A stretch of DNA of 64,000 bases, taken from the NCBI GenBank assembly GCA_049521795.1, contig JBEKOM010000001.1:704001-768000 (forward strand), given 5' to 3'. Below the pieces are notes generated by a model. That model searched no databases and was not told the DNA's origin. It saw nothing but the letters and a program-made list of their open reading frames with translations. Shown piece after piece: positions 47,538 through 56,478 of the stretch; the first letter of the stretch is position 1, and every line of letters begins with the position of its first letter. The translations under genes and the position numbers were made by a program. Source of the DNA: Candidatus Bathyarchaeia archaeon (GTDB taxonomy: Archaea > Thermoproteota > Bathyarchaeia > Bathyarchaeales > Bathycorpusculaceae).

Positions 47538-48017
47538 CTATTCTCCGAACCATAGCAATATTGTTCCATTCGAAAACTTTTGGGCGATCACGCATGCATT
47601 TGCAGAATTACTCAAAAAGATGGATTGCTGCCAAAGAACATTGGATCCCAAGATAACCGTGGTTATCACGGAGTTTGAGGTTCCAATCAATTTCACTGTT
47701 AATTGGAGGAAGGACGGATTTGACCCAGGGTTTGTGCTCGACGATAGGGTTGCATTTCCCATGTAGTAAGCGCTCTCAATGAACGGTGGAAGTCCTGGGG
47801 AATAGGTCACCGTTCCTGCAGGTATCGCGTCGTGATTCAGGGAGAAATACAGTTGTTGCACCGCGCTTCCCAGTTGACCTGCAACATCTTGGAGAGCAAG
47901 TGTTTGTCGCGAATCTACCCACTTGTTCATGAGCGAATTTGCAAAAATGGGAAAAAGGAAGATCTGAAGTATTAACACCGGCATCATAATGATGTACTCG
48001 ATTGTCACGTGTGGCAT
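47538..48017 (-). CDS. Minor pilin-like protein (MPHVTIEY N-terminus)
   Basis: TIEY + hydrophobic helix + amphipathic helix (LQDVAGQLGSAVQQLY), LP..I....Y. Confidence 0.72.
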   Translation of the reverse strand: MPHVTIEYIIMMPVLILQIFLFPIFANSLMNKWVDSRQTLALQDVAGQLGSAVQQLYFSLNHDAIPAGTVTYSPGLPPFIESAYYMGNATLSSSTNPGSNPSFLQLTVKLIGTSNSVITTVILGSNVLWQQSIFLSNSANACVIAQKFSNGTILLWFGE

Positions 48018-48036
48018 TCATATTCCTCAAAAGTGG

Positions 48037-48864
48037 CTAAGCATACACTCCTAGAGAGACGGTCACATTTCCAGTATAGAACTCCAAGGAAGAGCCTGGT
48101 GGGACTTGTACGTCTGCCAGAGAACTGTTGAAATTGAAAAAGGTTGAGTCGAACCCCAATGCTGATTGTGGAAAGTCAACGGTTATCCTGATCTCGTTGA
48201 TATTTTGTATTGTGTTAACATTAGATGCTACTGCCGTAAGTGTAACGGATTGTGAAACGTGTGGGTTATTTCCTGATGGTTGAAGGATGGGCAGATAAAA
48301 GTTGTAGTAGCTCACGGTTGTTACTGTCGAATTCAGCATCCTTATTGAAGGCCCAACGACTACTCTTATGTAATTACCATCATTCATTGGAACCCTTTCG
48401 ATCACGAATACATGACTTATTGGTGCCGAAGTGCCCTGTAACAGGAAGGAACTGTTTGATGTGGGAAATATGAATTCTTTGTAGCCGTTGGCAATGTTAT
48501 AACTGCTTGTAGGCATGTTGAAAAAGAGGGCGCCCGTGGTGAAGTTGGCAATCCACGTGTTTGTACTATTTACGTAAAGAGCGTAGTTTAATGCGACGGT
48601 CTGAAAGGTGATTTGACCAAACTTGCTTGCATAACTCATTGTCTGCGTGCGTCCAACAGTCCATGCTACGTCGTCTATTTGCAGGCCGATTGTCTGCATA
48701 AACTGTTTCATCGCGTTAAACTCGTTTTCTGCCATTCGTGCGTTCATGTAGTTGTTTGCGAAAACAACCGTAATCAGGAGCATCACCACTATGGCGCTCG
48801 TAATTATTACGGTGGAAATAGCTGGGCTAATCGCCTTTTTATCGCTTCTGAGTCGATGTAGCAT
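48037..48864 (-). CDS. Minor pilin with class III signal peptide
   Basis: SDKKA|ISPAISTVIITSAIVVMLL. Confidence 0.8.
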   Translation of the reverse strand: MLHRLRSDKKAISPAISTVIITSAIVVMLLITVVFANNYMNARMAENEFNAMKQFMQTIGLQIDDVAWTVGRTQTMSYASKFGQITFQTVALNYALYVNSTNTWIANFTTGALFFNMPTSSYNIANGYKEFIFPTSNSSFLLQGTSAPISHVFVIERVPMNDGNYIRVVVGPSIRMLNSTVTTVSYYNFYLPILQPSGNNPHVSQSVTLTAVASNVNTIQNINEIRITVDFPQSALGFDSTFFNFNSSLADVQVPPGSSLEFYTGNVTVSLGVYA

Positions 48865-48895
48865 GTTAATCTCTACTCTTTCCTTGATCCTTTTC

Positions 48896-50575
48896 CTATG
48901 CCAATTTCACGAATATCGGCATTAGTTTCGCAGCCAACACCGATATTACCACAAGAATTGCTGCATGCTTGAAGCCTGCCGAAACTGATTCCTCGCTTAT
49001 CTTACCTGCCACTATACCTATCAGGTAACTGGAGAAGATGCATGATGTTGTGAATATGGCTACTATCCAGCCCATGTTCTGCGGCGGCGGTCCTCCGGAT
49101 ATGCCAAAAGTGCTTGAAGTGAAGCTTAACATCATGGTTGTTGTTATCACAAGAAGAAGAGCGCAGAAGTAAGGCATCATTATGTACGGACGGGTTTCCG
49201 ACTTCTTTTGTTTTTCAACTTCTTGCGTCAAGTTGTTAAAGCGTGCAAGGGATTCTATCATTGCGATCGTGCCGCCGCCCACGTCCACAGTTTCAACGAG
49301 CAAGAACATGACAATCTGAGACATCCAGCTTCGAGTTCTCTTGATAAAATCCATTATCACTTTTCGGACAGGAATTCCCCAAGAGATTTCTGAGCTTATC
49401 TTGCGTAGCTCTTTGCTGAACACGCCGTAGTCGCGACGCGAAAGACTTTCAATGCATTTTTCTGGCGACAGACCAGTTTTTCTGACTTCCGTCAAGTCTC
49501 TAAGAAAACTGTTTATGCCCTGTTCAGTCTGCGTCTTGTGCGTTGAGAGTTTGCTATGCACTAACGCGGCGGGCGCCGTGGCAACGAACAACGCTATGGC
49601 GGTGGCCATGGGCAGGTCGACTAGTGAGCCGAAGATGTTGAAAACGTAGAGCAGCAGGAACAGCGCTATCCCTATGATGCTGCAGAATCCAAACACCTTG
49701 TAAGGACGCATTTCGGTGACGGGGGTTTTGGGCTGCATGCTGTGTGCCAAGTAGACGAACATCATTGAAAGCATGGGACTGAGCACGAATGTGTAGAGAA
49801 TTATCATTGAAGTGGACCCTCCGCCGCCTACGCCGCCGCCGATGTTTTCAACACTGAACATGATGTAGAAGCAGAGAGACATCATGACGTTCACAATTAT
49901 GAAAGTCTCCAGAAGCATTCCAAGCCTTTCAGCGGCAGCTCTGACACGCAAAGCTCTTGCCTTGAAAATGTCTTCGGCTTTTCTTTCAAGGAAGTGTCCG
50001 ATGTCGCCTCCGATGATTACTGTCGACGCGTACCCCGACAAGAAATCTTTGAAAATGTCCAGGGGGTTTTTCTTTGCTGCTCTTTCAATTGCAGTAAGCG
50101 GGTCTATGCCAAAGATCTCAACGTCTTTTATGATTTCTCTTGCCTCGCTCTTCATTCCTGGCAGCAGCTCGACTTCGGAGAGTCTTTTGAAGCTGCTGTA
50201 CGGCGCTATACCTCCGGAAGCCATTACGCTGATGTAGGATGAAGCAAACGGCATCTCTCTTTCCAGGTTGGCTGCTCTCTCACCAGCCCTGGACATTGGA
50301 ACTAGGAAAAAACCGATCAACACAAAGAGCGGAAGAGGAATCAGGAAAATGACAGGAATGAAGCCGTACAGAAGCACGATAACTGCGCAAATTACCGATA
50401 CTGGAATAGTTAAGACGGCCGCGAAAAGCATCAGCGACACGTAGGTTTCAGGGTAAATCTTGATCCTTGCTCTTTCCAAGTAGTCCTTAAACTCTACAAC
50501 ATTCTTCAGAAAAGAGGGCGCCATTCTTCCGAATATACGGAAAGACCACGCCTCAAGGGTTTCTAGAAACGGCAA
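48896..50575 (-). CDS. tadC: Type IV pilus membrane platform protein (TadC/ArlJ-like, two T2SS-F domains)
   Basis: EREMPFA..Y...MASGG, FG.D...A, F.DFL.G......GG; second repeat FLRDL.E..KTG, SWG, ..GG; G...GK......AG.KH. Confidence 0.92.
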   Translation of the reverse strand: MPFLETLEAWSFRIFGRMAPSFLKNVVEFKDYLERARIKIYPETYVSLMLFAAVLTIPVSVICAVIVLLYGFIPVIFLIPLPLFVLIGFFLVPMSRAGERAANLEREMPFASSYISVMASGGIAPYSSFKRLSEVELLPGMKSEAREIIKDVEIFGIDPLTAIERAAKKNPLDIFKDFLSGYASTVIIGGDIGHFLERKAEDIFKARALRVRAAAERLGMLLETFIIVNVMMSLCFYIMFSVENIGGGVGGGGSTSMIILYTFVLSPMLSMMFVYLAHSMQPKTPVTEMRPYKVFGFCSIIGIALFLLLYVFNIFGSLVDLPMATAIALFVATAPAALVHSKLSTHKTQTEQGINSFLRDLTEVRKTGLSPEKCIESLSRRDYGVFSKELRKISSEISWGIPVRKVIMDFIKRTRSWMSQIVMFLLVETVDVGGGTIAMIESLARFNNLTQEVEKQKKSETRPYIMMPYFCALLLVITTTMMLSFTSSTFGISGGPPPQNMGWIVAIFTTSCIFSSYLIGIVAGKISEESVSAGFKHAAILVVISVLAAKLMPIFVKLA

Positions 50576-52181
50576 CTGCCTTAACCTCCTCCCCTGCGAG
50601 AACCTTCTCGTAGAACTGCTTTGGCTTGGCAGAATACTCTGCTATTATTGCGGCCACGTCCTTGTAGCTTCTGATGTCGTGTTCTCGCATCCAGTGGAGT
50701 ACGACTCTGCGCTTCTCAATTTCTGCGATGATGTCTTTCTTGCTCATGCCCAGTCGCTCGGAGATCCCGGCAAGCATTACGCTCTTGTCAAATGCTTGTA
50801 TTTGTTCGTCCTTGTTCGGGTTCCATTTGAAGACTGTCCTATAGTCCTCGTAGTTCGCGATCTCGTTGACGTTCAGTACACGCCTGTACGCTTTTCGCTC
50901 GTTGTTCTTGATCAGGTGGACTCTTTGAACCGACAGCACTATGTTCATCAGCGGAATGTACGCTGGAGAAATGTCCATGGGTTTCGAAGTAAGGCGTTTG
51001 ATCGCTGAATCCATGTTTTCAGCGTGCATGGTGCACATTCCACCGTGGCCCGTGGCCAAGGCTTGGAAGAGTACGTACGCTTCTTGTCCTCTCACCTCTC
51101 CCACTATAAGTATATCTGGACGGTGCCTCATCGAAGTTTTGACCAAGTCGAAAAGTGCAACTTCTCCCGTGCTGTCTCCGCCCAAGCCGTAGCTTTGTCT
51201 CGCGATCAGTGAAATCCAGTTTTCGAGGGGCAGATTAAGCTCGGCTGTTTCTTCTATCGTGATGACCTTGCTTCCAGGCTTGATCAAGCAGGCCAGAGCG
51301 TTCAGGGCTGTTGTTTTTCCTGCGGCTGTTCCCCCCAAAACCATTATGGATGCTCTGTGTTCAAGGCATTGCCATAAATAAGCCGCCATCTCCTCCGAAA
51401 AAGTGCCAATGTTAATGAGGTCTATTATAGAATATGGGTCTTCTCTAAACTTCCTTATAGTGAAAGCGGTGCCGAAAGGCGTGACTTCGCGTCTGTAGCA
51501 CACCGAAAGCCTATGCTTACCCGGCAGCGAAGCATCAACGATCGGGAAGGCTGAGCTCACGTGTTTTCCAGCCATGTGCACGAGCTTAACAACCATGTTG
51601 TCAAGTTCTTCATCCGTCTGAAACTCGATGTTAGATTCGATGCTTTCGTAGGTTCGATGCCAAATGTAAACGGACTTGTTCACACCGTCACATGAAATAT
51701 CTTCGATGTTCGGGTCTCGCATCAACGGGTCGATCTGACCGAATCCTACAAGGTCTCTTTCCGCATGGTAGAGGATCTTGTACCATGACACGTCGGGCAA
51801 CCAGCCGAGGCTTATGCGGTATTTGTCAACGATCTTCTTTGCCTCGTCTGCGAAGAATCTTCTAGGGTCCAGAATTTCTTCTTTCGGGGACTCGATCTCT
51901 GCCAGGAGTATTTCCAAGATGCGGTTGTAGACGCTTCTCTCCAGCGGGTCGAGCTGCAGTTCGTCCAGAATGTACTTGTATTCCCCGGTTTTTGGGTTTT
52001 GTGCAATGGCAACGTGGGCGAAAGGTTCGTAGAGCGGGTATTTGTCCACGACTTTGTACCCTCTGGGTACGGGTCTTGGCGTTGGAGGGGGGGCGGCTTC
52101 CTGCTGGCGCTTTTTAAAGTTGAGTTTGATCTGCACTGTCTTCAGCTTTGCGAGTTTCCCTTTGAGCCGCAACTGTGTCAT
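50553..52181 (-). CDS. Type IV pilus assembly ATPase (TadA/ArlI-like)
   Basis: DP.IEDISC, FTIRKF, GGTAAGKTT, TIEET.EL, RHRPD...VGEVRG.EA, ATGH...TMHA. Confidence 0.95.
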   Translation of the reverse strand: MTQLRLKGKLAKLKTVQIKLNFKKRQQEAAPPPTPRPVPRGYKVVDKYPLYEPFAHVAIAQNPKTGEYKYILDELQLDPLERSVYNRILEILLAEIESPKEEILDPRRFFADEAKKIVDKYRISLGWLPDVSWYKILYHAERDLVGFGQIDPLMRDPNIEDISCDGVNKSVYIWHRTYESIESNIEFQTDEELDNMVVKLVHMAGKHVSSAFPIVDASLPGKHRLSVCYRREVTPFGTAFTIRKFREDPYSIIDLINIGTFSEEMAAYLWQCLEHRASIMVLGGTAAGKTTALNALACLIKPGSKVITIEETAELNLPLENWISLIARQSYGLGGDSTGEVALFDLVKTSMRHRPDILIVGEVRGQEAYVLFQALATGHGGMCTMHAENMDSAIKRLTSKPMDISPAYIPLMNIVLSVQRVHLIKNNERKAYRRVLNVNEIANYEDYRTVFKWNPNKDEQIQAFDKSVMLAGISERLGMSKKDIIAEIEKRRVVLHWMREHDIRSYKDVAAIIAEYSAKPKQFYEKVLAGEEVKAVAVSRNP

Positions 52182-52220
52182 TGTTGTTCTCCTGTTCTAT
52201 ACTGTTCATGTGTGGGCAGT

Positions 52221-52231
52221 CTATTAAATAT
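52221..52231 (-). promoter_or_regulatory. TATA box for the pilus operon
   Basis: Minus-strand ATATTTAATAG about 40 nt upstream of the ATPase ATG. Confidence 0.45.
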
Positions 52232-52247
52232 TACGTCTCACGAGACA

Positions 52248-55200
52248 TTACTGCCCTTCTGTCTCTTCCTTAGTTGAAACAACTATGAGCTTCATCTTGA
52301 TCAGGACAAGGACTATGACCACAGCAACTATCGGAATCGCAACGAGAAGCACGGTCAACAACGGGAAGCCTTGTTCTTCAGGAGCAACGATCAATGTCAC
52401 GTTTGCCTGTCTCTGCTGATATCCGCTCTTTGCTAACGTGACCGTTATGTTCAGCGTGTCTGCTGGGGCTTGTGGAGCGGTTATGACGAACGTGCAGGTT
52501 CCAGTTGCGTCTGTAACATTCGTCAGTGGACCTCCGTACCCGTATGATATTGTGACGGTTGCACCCGCCGCTGATGTTGCGTCTTCTTTGCATGTTACTT
52601 GTATTGACACGGTTTCTTTTTGGCCTGACCTTAGTTTCGCTGGGGTCGTTTGAAAGCCAAACGTCCTAGGGTTCACTGTAATGTTCAGCTGGCCTGTGTT
52701 GTCAAGATATCCCGTTTTTGAAGCAGTTGCTGAAAACGTGAGATTGATGGCTGCATTAACTAGCGGTGCAGTGAAGGCGAATGTCACGTTGCCAAAGCCG
52801 TCTGTAATTCCTCCTGTCTGAGTGAAGCTTCCGTTGGCTGTCGTGATCGTGACGTTTGCCCCTTGAATCGGAGTGTTTCCGTATCCAACATGTACCACGA
52901 CGTTTGATTTCCCCTCTGAATAGGTGATGTATGAATCTGAAATGACGTTAACTGAGAGAACCTTGGGCCTTATCTCGACCACCGTTTGACTCTCAGCGTC
53001 CACGTATCCGCTCTTCGTTGCCGTCGCAGTAACAGTCACGTTGATTCCCTCGCTCAATGAGGTTTGCGGTGCGGTGAAGACGAAGCTTGACGTGCCTGTT
53101 AGGTCTGTAAGCTGCGCTGGCGTGGAGAAGTTACCGCCAACGTCCGAGGTCACGGTGACCGTTGCATTCACAACAGGGTTCGAGTCAAAAGTCACTCGCG
53201 CAGTTATGGTTGCTGTTCCTTCCGAAAGAATTACGTCGGGGCTGGAGGTCACTTCCACAGCAAGTCTTCGAGGTTCAACGCTTACGATTACTTCTCCCTG
53301 TCCGTCAGCATATTGTAGCTTACTGGCTGTGGCGGTCACGGTGATGTTGAGTTGGCTCAGTGTCTGAGGGGCCGTTAGTGTAAATGCTGCTGAACCGTTT
53401 GAGTCTGTTGCTCCAGCATTAGCTGAAAGCGTGCCGGTGCTGCACGATAGTGCGAGGTTAGCCCCGGTTACGGGTTCTCCGGAGGCATCCGTCACGTAAA
53501 CAGTTAATGCAGTCGTTTCTTCAGAAATTATCGCCGAAGGTAGAGGGATCACCTGAACTATGAGCGGTGGAAGAACTCTGATGTACTTGTAGTCTGAACC
53601 GTCTGCGTACCCGTTCATTGAGGCTCTTGCGATTATTCTGACGTTCGTTGCCTCCGCGACATTTGGCGCCGTAAAGTTCGCTGTAAAGTACCCATTAGAG
53701 TCCGTTAACCCTGACTGGGGTGAAAATGCTCCGCCTCTTACTGAGAGCAGTGTGACGTTGGCGTTAGCAGCTCCGTTGCCTCCTGCTGACACATAAACCG
53801 TGACCGATGTTTGTCCGTTGTAGGCAACAGTGGAATTGCTCAGAGTGACTGATGTCTCTAGCTGAGGAAGGTTTGCGACGGTTACCGTCGTGAAGGCAGG
53901 GGCGCTCAGGTTTCCGAAATCGTCCTCTACGGTGAGGCTGGCGACGTAGATTCCGGTTGAAGAGTAGCTGTGATTGAAAAGTGACAGTGTAGTCCAACCG
54001 CTGTTTCCGGTGTCGTTGAAGTCGAAAAAGTATTGGTACACGCTTCCATCATCCCGTGAGTCTGTTCCCACGAACATGACCGTTTGACCCGGTGCCACTA
54101 GAAGCTTGTCCGTCCAGAGAACTGCCGTTGGGGGCAAGTTGCTGTATGCAAATGAGTGTGTCAGCCACGGTATGAAAACGAGGTTTGCGCCGTCGCCTCC
54201 GACGCTGTTTCCTTTTCCGTACGGGTTCAACGAGGTATGTTCCGGGCCGGTTTCTTGGCCCCAGTAATTGTGTGCTGCGTTAACCGTCCCATTGTATAAG
54301 GACGTTAGTTCAACGCCCTGGCCGTTCTCGTATATGTCGTTGAAGTAGATTTGGTGATCTGCGAAGCCATCGTATTCTATTCCGACGGTGTTGTTTGAGA
54401 TGTAGTTGCCTGTGATGTACGTGCTGGTGTTGGCTGAGATGAAAAGTCCACAGTTGTTTGACGTAACATTGTTCTCAGTTATGGTTGTGTTGCCTAGCGT
54501 GTAGGCCCCTAAGAGTATTCCATTTTGGTTGTTGGAAGAGATTTCGTTTTGTCTGATGTCTAATGGTCCATTCAATTGACCAGTTATGAGCATGCCGTTT
54601 CCGTTTGATGCTAATGTGTTGTTGTATACGTCCACTTGGTCACCGCCAGCTATGAGGACGCCGTTTCCGTTTGAGTCTATGGTGTTGTTTTCTATGGAAA
54701 CGAGGTATCCACCTGTTACGTTGATGGCGCTCATGCTGTCGTTCGCCAACTCGCTGTTTTGAACGGTGAGAGCGCCTCCGTTCGTCGTTATTCCGTTCTC
54801 AGAGTTGGAACGTATCACACTGTTTTGTACGTCTATGGAACCGTTATCCAGTGTCACTGCGTTTCTTGCGCCTTCGATGACACAGTTTATGAACAGTGAC
54901 GGTTGTGTTCCGTTGATTTCGATCGTCTCCCAAGCGACAGTGCCGGACGGGTCGTTGGTTGTGAAATGAACGTTCCTCTCTGCGGTTCCGTTTGCCACGA
55001 TTCCTCCGTTCACCATCAACGAAAAGTCTCCTCCGAACCTGACCTCAACGCCAGGCTCGATTGTGAGCGTTGCCCCCGGGTTGACGGTCACGTTGTTAGA
55101 AAGAACGATCGGGCTGTCCACTAGGGTCCATATTGTGTCCTGCGTGATCACGCCTTCAACATATGTGGCCTTGACGGTGGGCAGGCTTTTGTACACGATG

Positions 55201-55259
55201 TTTAGAGAACCAAATACCAAGATGAATAGGATGAATAGTAACGTGAATTGTTTCTTCAT
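52248..55259 (-). CDS. Large surface protein: right-handed beta-helix + PKD + Big-1-like Ig repeats + C-terminal TM anchor
   Basis: Signal MKKQFTLLFILF (ATG 55259), WT...SP...V.V..G.TLTIEPGV.V, I..N.I..N..GI coils, PKD (YFFDF.D...H.YSS.G.Y...LTV.DD), about 5 G.TD..G...FTAP repeats, C-terminal TM. Confidence 0.85.
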   Translation of the reverse strand: MKKQFTLLFILFILVFGSLNIVYKSLPTVKATYVEGVITQDTIWTLVDSPIVLSNNVTVNPGATLTIEPGVEVRFGGDFSLMVNGGIVANGTAERNVHFTTNDPSGTVAWETIEINGTQPSLFINCVIEGARNAVTLDNGSIDVQNSVIRSNSENGITTNGGALTVQNSELANDSMSAINVTGGYLVSIENNTIDSNGNGVLIAGGDQVDVYNNTLASNGNGMLITGQLNGPLDIRQNEISSNNQNGILLGAYTLGNTTITENNVTSNNCGLFISANTSTYITGNYISNNTVGIEYDGFADHQIYFNDIYENGQGVELTSLYNGTVNAAHNYWGQETGPEHTSLNPYGKGNSVGGDGANLVFIPWLTHSFAYSNLPPTAVLWTDKLLVAPGQTVMFVGTDSRDDGSVYQYFFDFNDTGNSGWTTLSLFNHSYSSTGIYVASLTVEDDFGNLSAPAFTTVTVANLPQLETSVTLSNSTVAYNGQTSVTVYVSAGGNGAANANVTLLSVRGGAFSPQSGLTDSNGYFTANFTAPNVAEATNVRIIARASMNGYADGSDYKYIRVLPPLIVQVIPLPSAIISEETTALTVYVTDASGEPVTGANLALSCSTGTLSANAGATDSNGSAAFTLTAPQTLSQLNITVTATASKLQYADGQGEVIVSVEPRRLAVEVTSSPDVILSEGTATITARVTFDSNPVVNATVTVTSDVGGNFSTPAQLTDLTGTSSFVFTAPQTSLSEGINVTVTATATKSGYVDAESQTVVEIRPKVLSVNVISDSYITYSEGKSNVVVHVGYGNTPIQGANVTITTANGSFTQTGGITDGFGNVTFAFTAPLVNAAINLTFSATASKTGYLDNTGQLNITVNPRTFGFQTTPAKLRSGQKETVSIQVTCKEDATSAAGATVTISYGYGGPLTNVTDATGTCTFVITAPQAPADTLNITVTLAKSGYQQRQANVTLIVAPEEQGFPLLTVLLVAIPIVAVVIVLVLIKMKLIVVSTKEETEGQ

Positions 55260-55441
55260 GGGGAAGCATCCACTTTGTAGTCTAGCTTGTGCTATTCCTC
55301 TTGTCCGTGCCAGCTTAAGCGTTATGAATTCAGGATAAAACTTCAAAATCTTGAGCTTAATGGTTTTCTAGTTATGCGTGGTTGAGCAAGAGATTTAACG
55401 AAGTGCAAGAACAAGCTGATCCACAATTGGGAGGGGACTGC

Positions 55442-56215
55442 TTGAAAAGTTTCACTGCGTTCGCTCTGGAAGGTTTTCCGCTTGTGAAGCCAGGAGACAA
55501 CGTTGCGAAAATCATCGTTGAGACCTGTGAAAAGAACGGCTTCAGGATTCAGGAAGACGACGTGATCGTTGTGGCGCAGAAGGTCTTCTCGAAGGCTGAG
55601 AATCGCTTGTCCATGCTGAGAGAAGTTGTTCCTTCACGAAGAGCCCAGGAGCTTGCCAAGACGACTGGGAAGAGTCCGAGGTTCGTGGAGCTTGTCTTGA
55701 GCGAGACTGCGAACGTGCTCAAGGCTTCTAATGAAGTGCTGCTGGTCGAGGACAAGCGCGGTTTGATATGTATAAACGCTGGAATAGACAAGTCGAACGT
55801 TGAGGGGAGAGGAAACTTTGCGTTGTTGCCCGAGAACCCTGATGAGTCCGCGAAAAAGTGCCGCTCGGAATTGAAGAAGCTGACAGGCCTGAACGTAGCC
55901 GTGATCGTTTGCGACACTTACAGTCGCCCTTTCAGGCGAGGGCAGGTGAACTTTGCGATAGGAGCTGCTGGAATCAACCCGTTCAGGGATTATCGCGGGA
56001 CGCGGGATCTGTTCGGACAGGTTTTGAAGGTCAAGAACGTTGCCGTGTTGGATGAGGTTGCTGCCGCAGCGGAGTTGCTCATGGGACAGGGTAAGGAAGC
56101 AAGGCCCGTCGTCGTTTTGAGAGGCACAGACGGTTCTTTCGATCAGTGCAATGAGTGCGCCGCAAGTGAGTTGAGCATCTCTCGGAGCGAAGACCTCTTC
56201 AGAGGTGTCCTTTGA
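55442..56215 (+). CDS. cofE: Coenzyme F420-0:L-glutamate ligase
   Basis: P.VKPGD, VVAQK..SKAE, NAGIDKSN, LLP..PD.SA, DTY.RPFRRG, RDLFG..L, DE.AAAAEL.MGQ..E..P. TTG 55442 follows a GGAGG RBS. Confidence 0.93.
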   Translation: MKSFTAFALEGFPLVKPGDNVAKIIVETCEKNGFRIQEDDVIVVAQKVFSKAENRLSMLREVVPSRRAQELAKTTGKSPRFVELVLSETANVLKASNEVLLVEDKRGLICINAGIDKSNVEGRGNFALLPENPDESAKKCRSELKKLTGLNVAVIVCDTYSRPFRRGQVNFAIGAAGINPFRDYRGTRDLFGQVLKVKNVAVLDEVAAAAELLMGQGKEARPVVVLRGTDGSFDQCNECAASELSISRSEDLFRGVL

Positions 56216-56422
56216 GACTCAGGTTGGCACGTTTTTCCATGCGATCTGGTGTGATTTCGGTCGCTGTCATGGTAAGATTTCAGCCCAACTGCACTGTACA
56301 GCGAAGGCGGAAGTTTAGAAGTTGCTCGGCATGTCTTGCGAGAAATCCGATTTTTCTCTTCGTGTTTGAAAAGGCCGTGGATTTTTTGGTTTCTCTCTTT
56401 TCTGTTCCCTTTTTCTTGGATG

Positions 56423-56437
56423 GAAAACCTTTTAAAT
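56423..56437 (+). promoter_or_regulatory. Strong BRE-TATA promoter of the probable S-layer gene
   Basis: GAAAACC-TTTTAAAT about 42 nt upstream of ATG 56479. Confidence 0.6.
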
Positions 56438-56478
56438 CGAATGGTTACAAACTATAGAAAGAACAATTTAAATGAGGA

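Noticed and set aside
40535-52181. Archaellum (flagellum) operon
   Set aside because: No ArlH ATPase, ArlF/G or archaellin-type sequence, and no chemotaxis genes.
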